A stretch of 64,000 nt of DNA from Corallochytrium limacisporum Hawaii (Eukaryota; Protista; Pluriformea), in contig PDIP01000051.1 in assembly GCA_002811645.1 (NCBI GenBank), positions 175,014-239,013 of the forward strand, in the 5' to 3' direction. Shown piece by piece: positions 20,741 through 31,142 of this stretch (its first letter is position 1; every line of letters begins with the position of its first letter). The translations under genes were made by a program, and so were the position numbers. The notes beneath the pieces are model-generated. The model was given only the letters and a program-made list of their open reading frames with translations. It made no database searches and had not been told where the DNA came from.

Positions 20741-21049
20741 GTAAGCTCCGGTGGCTGTCGCGCGGTTGCTGGTTAACTCGCGTAACTGTGTCTTTTTTAC
20801 TTTCCTTTGTGTTTCTCTGCGGGAGACCCAGAGAGAAATGGTGTTTGTGTTGTGGCGTTACCGGTCGGAATCATGACACATATTTAAGATCAAAGGAGAA
20901 CCCACCAACGGACACTAAGATGTTTTTGGGTCATTAAGTGCTTCAAGAAAAGTAATCTGTGTGTTCTCAATCGTATTCGAGAGATCCTTCTCTCACCTGA
21001 CGTTCTAAGGTCCTACAAAGCAATCCAATTTTCCACTTTGTCAACACAG
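20741..21049 (+). other. Candidate 5'-UTR intron of zinc-finger gene
   Basis: GAG|GTAAGC donor at 20741; CTGAC near 20997; ttttccactttgtcaacacAG at 21049 (alternative AGs at 21009 and 21020). Confidence 0.35.
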
Positions 21050-21080
21050 CGTAGTTTTAAAGCGACACAGCCAAGCTGAC

Positions 21081-21143
21081 CACACACACACACACATACA
21101 CACACACACACACAGAGAGAGAGTGAGAGAGACTGACACACAC
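21081..21143. repeat. (CA)n-(GA)n microsatellite just upstream of zinc-finger ATG
   Basis: Visible dinucleotide runs. Confidence 0.85.
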
Positions 21144-21150
21144 AAGAACC

Positions 21151-23703
21151 ATGTCCGCAGCCGTCCCAAGCTCTCATCACCATGAGGTGATCACACCTCC
21201 CCGCCATGACACGAACCGCACAGACTGCGATGTGCCTGGCACCCAGAGCACAATCACTTCACAGCCAAACACAGGAGTCCAGGACTACGCCTCCCGTGCG
21301 TCCATGAAAGCACACCTTGTGAGTAATGATCTGAAGGACACCACTCCCATGGCCTCCACTGCTGGCAATCCCAAGACCCAGCAGCAACAGTCACAGTCAC
21401 TGTCTTCAGCAGTGAAGCAGGAGAACAGCCAGGAGCACCATTTTGAGTGCATCATGTGCCGTGCCAACGTCAAGGACATTGACGCTCTCGACCTCCACCA
21501 CCGCATCACACACAGCCAGAGCGATAATGGAATCTACCTCTGCCGCCTGAAGAGCCGCATCAGCGGTCGTGTCTGCAAGGCCATGTTTCAGACTTTTGAT
21601 GACATCAAGGAGCACGCATTGCATGAGCATTTGATTGCTGGCTCCTACAACGGATCATCCCCGGTTCCGTTCGATGTCCTGGCCAAGCGCTACGAGACCA
21701 CCACCCCTGCTCCCGCCCAGACACAGCAACCGCACCAGCAGCAACAGAGCGAAGAGGAACCCCAGCCAGCCTCTTCTGCCGGCCACGTGAAGCAACAGCA
21801 ACCGCAACAGAACAATGCCACTGAGTACAAGGCGCAGGTCCAGCCGCCCCAAACTCAGCAGAGCCATCGGCCGCATGCTCATCCATGCACACAGCATGAG
21901 CAGAAACAACAAGAACAGCAACAGCACGTCGAGCCTCAACAACATGCCACCACAATGACTGCCTCTGCCGCCATGCAGCAGGACTCCATGCACACTCCCG
22001 AAGGAAAAGGTACACGCAATGGTCACGGCGCGTCGAGCGCCACAAGCAGTAGCACCGCGAGTGGCATGAGCGCCACCCGCAAGGACAGCACTGTCACCGC
22101 CGATGGTAGCAGCAGCGTCACCAAGACCGACACACGCAAGTCCACCAAGGATGACATCCTCAACAAGGGTCTGACCCCGGACGCCAAGGTCCAACTCACC
22201 GACGACGACATTGCGTACTACTCGGACCTTCGCGCCCTGCCGCACCCCACGGTCGGAACCTTTGTCGCCCGCAATGACCAGCCACCAAATGACCATCCTT
22301 GGTGGCAGTGTGCTCTGTGCTCCGGCCGTTTCGCCTGTGGCGGCATGCTCCGTGATCACGCCTGTGTGCCTGTCGACGCAGACGCTGTGGTGGCGGATGG
22401 CAAGCCGTACCGCTGCGCGTACGTGGATCCTGAAGGCAACGTCTGCGGGGCTCGCTTTCCGAAGATCAAGGCTCTGAGTAAGCACCTGAACCAAAAACAC
22501 ATATTTATCCCCTGCGCAAACTGCGGTGTGGAGGTTGCACGCTACCGTACCGGGCGTCATGAATGCCCCCCGCGGTCGCAGTGGCCCTGCAACACTGGCC
22601 GCATGCCCCCGTCCAAGCCGCGTCTGGTCGGTAAGAGCTATAATTGGGGAAACAGCAACTCCACGGTCGTCAACGGGACCAACAAGCGCAAGCTGTCTTT
22701 TGCCGAAAGCAACAGTGCCACGCAGTCTGCCAGTCGGAAAAAAATGCACCACCACCATTTTGATGACCACCAGCCCCACGTGCATCACACAGACGAGGCC
22801 AGCGAAAACGTCGACCCCAACATGCGGAGTGCGTCCTCAACGTCAAAGATATCCCTGTCCAGCACTACGACACCGGGCGGTGCTGGTTTGAAGCGTCCAA
22901 ACATCCGCAAACCCGGCCGCAAGAGCCAGGGCAAACCGTACACCGCCGCCGACCCTGCGGCGACCGGCGACCACGTTAGCACCATCAAGAGCACCACCAC
23001 AGACGAACAGAAGCAGCGCGCCAGCGACATGGCTGCGGCCGCAGCATCCGCCACCAAACTCTCCCGCCGTGACTCCCTGATCGCGCACGAAACCATCGAA
23101 GATCTGCAGGACGACAGTGGGGATGAAGGCACTGGTGGCCACGGTCTTCAGCATGGTCATCACCATGCTGTCCACCCCCAGCACCGCCACAGCCATCCTC
23201 CGGCTGCACCAATGCACTATGGCTTCCACAGTGCCTACTATGGACATAGTGAACACGCGCACCCGTACCCACCTCCGCACCAGCAAGGTAGTACCGGCGA
23301 ATACTACCCGCCGTACTACCCCCCACAACAGAACGGCGGCAACGCTGGCGGCTACTACGGAGCTGTTAACTCTGGCGGCAGTCATGTTCAGCAGTATGGC
23401 ACCTACTACGCTGCCGGCCCGGCGACCACGCCGGAGGTAGCGCCGTACTACACCCAGCGGCGGTACCACGAGGTCACCGCCTTCGAATACCAGCAGCAAC
23501 AGCCGGCGACGTACGGATCTTCGTCGTCCTCGACACAGCAGCAACAGGAACAGACGAGCTCAGAGCAGCAATCGTCGACCAAAACCAGCGTTGCCTCCCC
23601 TGGCTCCTCGACCCTAACGGCGGAGCATGACGACATTGCGATGTCAATGCTCAAGCTGCGCGGAGGCAGGACTCCAGTCCGTGTTGTCTCCGGCATGCGC
23701 TAA
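21151..23703 (+). CDS. C2H2/C2HC zinc-finger protein, probable transcription factor
   Basis: 850 aa; CIMC...HHRITH, CRLKSRISGRVC...HALHEH, CALC...HAC, CAYVDPEGNVC...HLNQKH, CANC...HEC; Q-, H- and Y-rich regions; NLS-like KRK. Confidence 0.85.
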   Translation: MSAAVPSSHHHEVITPPRHDTNRTDCDVPGTQSTITSQPNTGVQDYASRASMKAHLVSNDLKDTTPMASTAGNPKTQQQQSQSLSSAVKQENSQEHHFECIMCRANVKDIDALDLHHRITHSQSDNGIYLCRLKSRISGRVCKAMFQTFDDIKEHALHEHLIAGSYNGSSPVPFDVLAKRYETTTPAPAQTQQPHQQQQSEEEPQPASSAGHVKQQQPQQNNATEYKAQVQPPQTQQSHRPHAHPCTQHEQKQQEQQQHVEPQQHATTMTASAAMQQDSMHTPEGKGTRNGHGASSATSSSTASGMSATRKDSTVTADGSSSVTKTDTRKSTKDDILNKGLTPDAKVQLTDDDIAYYSDLRALPHPTVGTFVARNDQPPNDHPWWQCALCSGRFACGGMLRDHACVPVDADAVVADGKPYRCAYVDPEGNVCGARFPKIKALSKHLNQKHIFIPCANCGVEVARYRTGRHECPPRSQWPCNTGRMPPSKPRLVGKSYNWGNSNSTVVNGTNKRKLSFAESNSATQSASRKKMHHHHFDDHQPHVHHTDEASENVDPNMRSASSTSKISLSSTTTPGGAGLKRPNIRKPGRKSQGKPYTAADPAATGDHVSTIKSTTTDEQKQRASDMAAAAASATKLSRRDSLIAHETIEDLQDDSGDEGTGGHGLQHGHHHAVHPQHRHSHPPAAPMHYGFHSAYYGHSEHAHPYPPPHQQGSTGEYYPPYYPPQQNGGNAGGYYGAVNSGGSHVQQYGTYYAAGPATTPEVAPYYTQRRYHEVTAFEYQQQQPATYGSSSSSTQQQQEQTSSEQQSSTKTSVASPGSSTLTAEHDDIAMSMLKLRGGRTPVRVVSGMR

Positions 23704-25384
23704 GGGCGGAGGAAAGGAAGTGTTACTGGGGCGTTTCTTGTTGGATTTTTCTTTTCAAACAACACAATCTACACACACTGCAACACAGCTTTTGACAGGA
23801 AGCCACGCACATGTTCATGTGCGCATCATCATGTCAGCCTTTGCAACTTTCTCCCATCATCAATTCGCGAAGATCATATTTAAAACAGTTCCATATTTAC
23901 AAAGCTCTACTATGCAAAGCAACAAGTATCAATAAATTCAACCATAGTCACATTCTCTAAATAGCAACGCCATCAGAGTTGGTGATAATGGTCAGTGTGC
24001 AACTGGCACATCCGCCTTGTCACCAACGGCTGCCTTTGCAGAGATGGCCCCCGCCGCGACTGGTCCAAGCGCTCCACAGAGGGCACTTGGCCGTCCCCAC
24101 GCCCGGGGAGCCCCTTTGCCCTCTTCAATCCCCCTTTCCCCCCCCCCCCCACCCCCCCCAGGCAGCGTGCAACAAAAAGTGTTGTCGTCATTGCGAAGGA
24201 TCCGGTCCGTCGCCCGGGCAGGCGGAGGGTGCGTATATGTTGGAGTAGGTTGCGGGATGAACAAGGAAATGAGCCTGTCGTTGATGATCATGGCTTCAAG
24301 GGCCATGGGAATTCAATAATCGGGCAATGGGAGGAGATTGGCAAGTCCCTACAGGACCTTGTTATTCGGCACCGGACATGTACTTTGATGGACGGCGTAG
24401 GATGCGCTCGGGGTTCCTAGGCGTTTCGCCTCGGCGATACACGACGACACCTCGCAATGCGGTCAATTTTGGAGGCACGGTAAATGTCCCGGCGCTGCGT
24501 CCATGTTTTTTTTTTAACTCCTAGGATATCTTACATTCCTGTTGCAGTCCAACATGTGATGTGTGAGTTGACCGTTCTGATGGGCTTTCGGGGTTCCAAT
24601 CGTTCGAGATCACGCTGCCCACTGATGAGAAAGCTCCTCCACCCAAAACCAATCCGGAAGTACCACCCGCAAATCTCAGGAAAGAGAAAAAAAAGGTAAA
24701 AATAAATAGAGACCCTGCCAAGCCGGGGAATCACTTAATGGGAAGGAGATGAAATGAGGCAAAGGGAAGGGCGAAGAAGAGAAGCTGGGAGGGGGGGGGG
24801 AGTGGGTGACGGTGGCTGGCTGGCTTGGCGGATGATTTCTCCTTGCTGTCGAGTTGTGTTAGCAGATGGCAAAGGCCGTGCGCAATTGCGCCACGCCAGC
24901 GCGACAGGGAAGCTGCGGAAGCGCGGCGACTTGGGCAAAACATGATACCGGAGGTTAGATTGCGGGGAGGATCGTGTTTTTCCGTGACCTAAATTCTCCC
25001 TTTGCGGCTTGTTGCAGTATCATAGGTATCAGTCAGGGAGCCAAGCTGTGAGAGTTTGTATGAGTGCCCATTGTTTCTGTTCTGGAGGTGGTCTGATGGG
25101 GGGACCGATTCGACGACCGTATCTGCCAGCTCACCGTGCCGTTGCTGCTGGCCTGCTGACTGGCGAGCCACCGCCGGTACCAAGATTATTGACTTATTGT
25201 CTTCGTGTACTATGATTGTTTGTGCACAGCGCGAGGAGTAGGAAGCGTGGCATATCAAGTCAATCATCCATTGCGCAGCCGATCTATTTAAAACTGGCTT
25301 GCGATATGCTCACTGCCTGCAAACCCAATCTGCAACACATTCGGTACCTGTACAAATATAACCCTCGCAACAGACCCAAACAAA

Positions 25385-26509
25385 ATGGCTGACTTTGACC
25401 AGATCAAAGATCAGGTGTTGACCACCGTCAAGAACATCCGTGTTCCGGAGACCCTCTTGAAGTGCACCCTGCTCCTGGTTGTTTTCCAGGTCCTCCGCTT
25501 CTTCCTTGGTCGCCAAATTCTCGGCAGCATTTTCATGCTTGTCTTCCTCGGCTTCTGGGGCTATGTCTTCTACGACTCCTACTCCTTCAATGTGCTCAAG
25601 AAGCGCCTGCCTACCACTGGAGCGGTTGTGATCACCGGAGTCTCCTCAGGCCTCGGCAAGGACATGGCCTACTACCTTGCTGCCCGTGGCTTTGATGTCT
25701 ACGGTACCGTCCGCAAGGAGGCAGACAAGACTGCCTTCGAGCAGCAGGCCAAGGAACTCAAGGTTAAGGGCGAGTGCAAGGCACTGCTGTGCGATGTACA
25801 GAAGGAAGACCAAATTCGCAAACTGCGCGACAGTTTGGAGGCTGAGGGTAAGCCTATCATTGGTCTCATCAACAACGCTGGTATTTCCAACCATCGCTGT
25901 CTCGAGACTGCCAGCCATCAGCATATTCAGTCCCTTATACAGACCAATGTCATTGGTGTCATCGCTGTCACCATGGAGCTCTTGCCCTTGATCCGAAAGG
26001 GTGTGAAGACCACTGGTCGCCGCGGCCGGGTTGCCATCGTATCTTCTCTCTCCGGCGTTGCTCACACTCCGATGAATGTCATGTACTGCAGCTCAAAGGC
26101 TGCCAACGATGCCATGATTAATTGCCTTTCCGCTGAACTCCGAGGCTTGGGTATCGACTGTGCCACCATCCGTCCCGGCTTCACCAAGTCCGATATCTTT
26201 GGTAAGGCTGTTCACACCATCGAGGACATCTTCAAGAAGAAGGACGAGCAGGATACGGATGAGCGGGTTAAGGAGCGTCGGGAAGTGTACGAGAGCATGG
26301 CTGAGAAGGACATTATCTTCTACACCGCAGGCCACAAGACTGCCGTGCCCGCTGAGCGGATCAGTGAGCTGGCGTTCCACTTTATGTGCGCTCAGTACCC
26401 GCTGATGGCCTACCATACCCTTGGTGACAGCAATCGGGTGGCACTGTGTTCGATGCCGAACTACGTCAAGAGTGTAATCTACCGCCTGATGGTGCTCAAG
26501 GAGTTGTAA
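25385..26509 (+). CDS. Membrane-anchored short-chain dehydrogenase/reductase (RDH/17b-HSD-like)
   Basis: TGVSSGLG, NNAG, VSS, YCSSK catalytic motif, IRPG; N-terminal hydrophobic helices. Confidence 0.92.
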   Translation: MADFDQIKDQVLTTVKNIRVPETLLKCTLLLVVFQVLRFFLGRQILGSIFMLVFLGFWGYVFYDSYSFNVLKKRLPTTGAVVITGVSSGLGKDMAYYLAARGFDVYGTVRKEADKTAFEQQAKELKVKGECKALLCDVQKEDQIRKLRDSLEAEGKPIIGLINNAGISNHRCLETASHQHIQSLIQTNVIGVIAVTMELLPLIRKGVKTTGRRGRVAIVSSLSGVAHTPMNVMYCSSKAANDAMINCLSAELRGLGIDCATIRPGFTKSDIFGKAVHTIEDIFKKKDEQDTDERVKERREVYESMAEKDIIFYTAGHKTAVPAERISELAFHFMCAQYPLMAYHTLGDSNRVALCSMPNYVKSVIYRLMVLKEL

Positions 26510-28699
26510 GGTGACGTTGTCCGCTTGTTCAAGCGTTGCGTTGCAGAGACATCAAGAAAACAAGAAACTCACACTGAAGAAATACAAAACTGAATTTCGT
26601 GTTTTTCAATCTCATGGAGTGGTTGTTGAGGGATCTGTGTGTCCAGCAGCCCCTTCCGTTTGTTTATTTGAATGCTGTATTTTTCGCAGGAGTCACCCGA
26701 GCCCACAGACGAGGGAAATGAGATCAATGAAGAGTTTCACTAGTATGGAGCCAAAGTCAGTTGCGCAAGGGCACTGCAAGGATGAAGGGGAGAACGAGAG
26801 CTAAGTAGATCAAATGTAGAAACCAAAGTGCATAACGAGAGGGCAGAGAACAAGAAGCAAGTAAAGAGAATGCAACAGTAGGGTAAGATCCATAGAAAGT
26901 GATGTACACAGTACCAAGCGCCCGTTTCCATCTACGAGAAAAAGTTATAAAGAGAAGGAATGGAACTAGATGGAAAGGGTGAGAGGTTCAGCGATCTGGA
27001 TGCAGCATAGTTCGACGTTCCATTTCCGAACCAGGGGCCACGAACCAGTGGCTGTTTATAAATCGTACATGCCATCATAACAACCGGGTTTGCATCATTA
27101 TGTAATCACTTATCTGTACGTGTCTAATGACACGACAGGTAAGGATTACCCTACTGATGATAAAGAAGAGGGACCACAGCCCTGCAGCTCCACAAGTGCC
27201 ATTCGTCATATACCCAACAGGCCACACAAACGCGCGTGGACTCCGAACAGAAACTCACAAGCACGCACACGGGCAATTTGCCTAGCGTGCTTCCGGAAAC
27301 CCACCTAGACCTGAGTGCAATTCCACACCGCACAGCGACTGCTCCGTGCTTTCGAACTCCCTTTGTGCGTGCGTGCGTGTGTGTGTTTTAGGGTGCTGTT
27401 GATGTACAACCCCCCAATTTGTGTGCTGTGTGGCTCCACGTGTGAATTCCAGGAGCCATAGGCTGCCCTGCCGCAACAGCCACCAGACACCAAGTATGGC
27501 CGAAAGGGCACCGGACGAAAAGCTACATAGGAAATCGGGGGCCGATTAAGCCAGCCTTTCCGTCTTCCGCCCTCCCCCCCCCCGGGGGGAACACAGCGGG
27601 TGTGCACTGTAGCCCGCCCACACCGACGACAAAGAGACAAAAAGAAAGGAGAAAATAATGAAAGGAAGGGATAGAGAGAAAAAAAAAAGATAGTTCCAGG
27701 ACGGGAGTCTATTTTCCTCCCAAATCTCCCCCTTTTCTTCGGCCGCATTCTCCTTTATCTTTTTCTTTTTGTCCCTGGCATTTCTCAGCCCCTTTTCCAA
27801 ACTACCCCCCCCCCGGCCCCCCCCCCCCCCAGCCCCTCTGGAATGGCCCGTTCACTGACAAAGGCAGCAAGGGAGGCTCAGCCTCTGTTCTCTGCTGAGG
27901 AATCTTTTCTCGTTCCCACCCCTTCCCCAGCCCCGGCAGCGCGGCACGGACGAATTAAACAAAAAAAAAGAGGAAAGTAAAAAGGGNNNNNNNNNNNNNN
28001 NNNNNNNNNNNNNNNNNNNNNNNNNNNNNNNNNNNNNNNNNNNNNNNNNNNNNNNNNNNNNNNNNNNNNNNNNNNNNNNNNNNNNNNNNNNNNNNNNNNN
28101 NNNNNNNNNNNNNNNNNNNNNNNNNNNNNNNNNNNNNNNNNNNNNNNNNNNNNNNNNNNNNNNNNNNNNNNNNNNNNNNNNNNNNNNNNNNNNNNNNNNN
28201 NNNNNNNNNNNNNNNNNNNNNNNNNNNNNNNNNNNNNNNNNNNNNNNNNNNNNNNNNNNNNNNNNNNNNNNNNNNNNNNNNNNNNNNNNNNNNNNNNNNN
28301 NNNNNNNNNNNNNNNNNNNNNNNNNNNNNNNNNNNNNNNNNNNNNNNNNGGAGGCGAGAGGGAGCGAGCGAAAGAATGGCTGGCCCTGGAGGGGGGGGGG
28401 TTGTGGAGAACTCAGCCAGCAGCCAGGCAGGCAGGCAGGCAGCCAGCAGGGGAGAAGTCGGCCCAGCGGGCACGGACGGTGCTGGACCGGTGTTTTGTTT
28501 GCATCGCACACGGCGCGAAAGACACGCCACCGGTAGGCTATGTCAAAGCATTGACGATGATAGTTGAACTAACAAAATGGAATACAATTTGATCAGCGAC
28601 TGGTTTTAAAGAAATCATCTCTGAACGTGTAAAGGATCCTTCGTACCACACTGGATAGTATGGAATAGCTCAGACGGTGTGTCAACGTAGGGGAAAGCG

Positions 28700-28732
28700 A
28701 TACACAGATCAATACACAGATCAATACACAGA
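28700..28732. repeat. 12-bp tandem repeat (ATACACAGATCA, about 2.7 copies) just 5' of HIS7 ATG
   Basis: atacacagatca atacacagatca atacacaga. Confidence 0.8.
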
Positions 28733-28740
28733 ATCTAAGT

Positions 28741-30588
28741 ATGACAGGATCGACAGTCCACGTCTTGGACTATGGTGCCGGGAACATTCGGTCAGTGATC
28801 AACGCCATTGAGGCGCTGGGTTTCAAGCCTACTTTCGTACAGAGCCCCGAGCAACTCCTCGATGGCACCGTCAAGCGCTTGATCTTCCCTGGAGTTGGAG
28901 CCTTTGGTCAGGCTATGGAATCTCTCGACACCTCGGGTTATGGTGATGCACTGCGTACGTACCTAAAGAATGGCAATCCATACCTCGGGATCTGCATCGG
29001 AATGCAGTGTCTGTTCGAAGCCAGCGAGGAGAGCCCCAAACACCAGGGCTTAGGCATCGTCCCTGGAAAGATAATCAAGCTTAGGCCCAGCCCAGGCCAT
29101 CCCGTACCACACATGGGCTGGAATGAGGTGCGGTTCCTTGACCACGACCATGCAGCCCACCCGGCAGAGGACGGCGATGCTGCGTCCGGGGATATGGTCG
29201 TGAATCAGGAATGCGTTGTGGTTGACCCGGGCGATCGCTTCTACTTCGTTCACAGCTACGCTGCACCGCTGACGGATGCGAACCGCAGCTACGCGGCCTG
29301 TGTGACGGATTATGGGGACGAGGATCAGCAATTCATTTCCGTGGTGAGGCACGGTAACATCACTGCCATGCAGTTCCACCCCGAGAAGAGCGGTGGCCTT
29401 GGACTGAGCGTGATCGGTCGGTTTTTGGGTGTCGCAGAGAATGCACTGCCACGTCCGGCCCGCAGCCGTCAAATCGATGTCAATTCATGGGCCAACGGTG
29501 CCTCTGTTGTTGCACCGACGGAAGCGACTGGCGTGTCTCCGACGAAGACCGTCTTTGCCAAGCGTGTCATTGCCTGTCTCGATGTTCGTACTAACGATCA
29601 GGGCGATCTGGTTGTGACCAAGGGCGACCAGTACGATGTGCGGGAGAAATCTGGGGAGAATGCCGTTCGAAATCTGGGCAAGCCGGTCGAACTGGCTACG
29701 CGTTACTACAACGAGGGCGCCGATGAAGTTACGTTCCTGAACATTACGTCCTTCCGTTCGATTCCTGCCAAAGACTTGCCGATGCTCGATGTCTTGCGTC
29801 TGACCTCGCAGTCCGTCTTTGTGCCGCTGACGATCGGTGGTGGTATTCGTTCATTCGATGACCCAGACGGCACCCATCACTCTGCTCTGGACATTGCATC
29901 GCTCTACTTCCGTTCCGGTGCGGACAAGGTGAGTATCGGCTCTGACGCCGTCTACGTCGCTGAAAAGTACTGGGAGCGCCGGCGGAAAGCCGAGGCGGAC
30001 GGTGACACTGCGGCGGCGGATGCTCTCAAGCACGACCACAGTATTAAGCACTCGCCCTACGGTGATGGTACGTCGTCCATAGAGACAATCAGTGCCCATT
30101 TCGGTAGCCAAGCTGTCGTCATTTCGGTCGATCCCCGCCGTGTGTGGGTCAATTCTCCTTCAGATGTGCCTCACAAGTGCGTGAGGCCGTCATTGGTGGA
30201 ACCAAGTCGGGGTCCGAATGGTGAGGGATGGTGCTGGTGGCAGTGCACAGTCAAGGGCGGTCGGGAGGGCCGTGACATGGGAGTTTACGAGCTGGTCACA
30301 GCCATGCAGGACCTGGGAGCCGGAGAGATTTTGCTCAACTGCATGGACAAGGACGGAACCAACTCAGGCTACGATCTCGACTTGCTTACACTGGCCAAGG
30401 ACGCGGTGCAGATTCCGGTCATTGCCTCCAGCGGTGCTGGGAAGCCAGGTCACTTCACCGAAGTGTTCCAGGTCTGCAACGCAGACGCGGCCTTGGCTGC
30501 GGGCATCTTCCATCGCAGAGAAGTCGCCATCGAGGCGGTGAAGCGGGAACTGGTGGACAATGGTATTCCTGTCCGTCGTACCTTCTGA
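28741..30588 (+). CDS. HIS7: Imidazole glycerol phosphate synthase, fused HisH-HisF
   Basis: LDYGAGN, PGVGAFG, GICIGMQ, FYFVHSY, QFHPEKSG (glutaminase); KRVIACLDVR, VVTKGDQYDVRE, GADKVSIGS, IASSGAG (cyclase). Confidence 0.97.
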   Translation: MTGSTVHVLDYGAGNIRSVINAIEALGFKPTFVQSPEQLLDGTVKRLIFPGVGAFGQAMESLDTSGYGDALRTYLKNGNPYLGICIGMQCLFEASEESPKHQGLGIVPGKIIKLRPSPGHPVPHMGWNEVRFLDHDHAAHPAEDGDAASGDMVVNQECVVVDPGDRFYFVHSYAAPLTDANRSYAACVTDYGDEDQQFISVVRHGNITAMQFHPEKSGGLGLSVIGRFLGVAENALPRPARSRQIDVNSWANGASVVAPTEATGVSPTKTVFAKRVIACLDVRTNDQGDLVVTKGDQYDVREKSGENAVRNLGKPVELATRYYNEGADEVTFLNITSFRSIPAKDLPMLDVLRLTSQSVFVPLTIGGGIRSFDDPDGTHHSALDIASLYFRSGADKVSIGSDAVYVAEKYWERRRKAEADGDTAAADALKHDHSIKHSPYGDGTSSIETISAHFGSQAVVISVDPRRVWVNSPSDVPHKCVRPSLVEPSRGPNGEGWCWWQCTVKGGREGRDMGVYELVTAMQDLGAGEILLNCMDKDGTNSGYDLDLLTLAKDAVQIPVIASSGAGKPGHFTEVFQVCNADAALAAGIFHRREVAIEAVKRELVDNGIPVRRTF

Positions 30589-31142
30589 GACCATGAGAGA
30601 GAGAGAGAAAGATAAGGAGACATCGTCGTTCGGCAATCGTTAACGAACGAAATCACCATGGCTGTACCATAGTAATAATACATCACTATCGTTAGCTTGT
30701 GCAATCGTGCACGACTGAGTCGATCACCTTTATGGGTCGATGGCAGGAATGCCCAGCCGCCTGCAAATACTGCACAATCCGGGGCCTATTTTTACCCAGT
30801 CTGTGTTGGCTTTTCGCGCCCAATGGGGGTGAGCTGGAGGTGAGGGTCTCAGTCGCAAACCCTCACTGCCCGTGTCTCAAAGCACTAGCATGCAATGTGA
30901 TAGAACCGATGTGGCTGTTGAGTGTCTGTTCGTCGGTTGAGAGGTACTTGAACAGATACTGTTCACTATTGACGCTCAGCGGTAAAGTGAAATTCAAGGA
31001 TATGTAGATGTGGATGTATGAAAGTGACCAATGGTTCGAATGAGTTCATTTGGACTGGGCATAGATTGGAGTCCTACAACTGACAAAATGTAGGCAAACC
31101 GGGTTGGATGATATTAAAACAAAATGAGTTAGAAGTTTTACC

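Noticed and set aside
17266-20776. Many 100-270 aa ORFs in the homopolymer/microsatellite island, some spanning N gaps
   Set aside because: Translations are poly-F/K/P/G or VC repeats arising from low complexity; N runs extend them artificially.
21655-23544. Long antisense ORFs (377 aa, 233 aa) opposite the zinc-finger gene
   Set aside because: Shadow ORFs produced by codon bias of the real CDS; no motifs.
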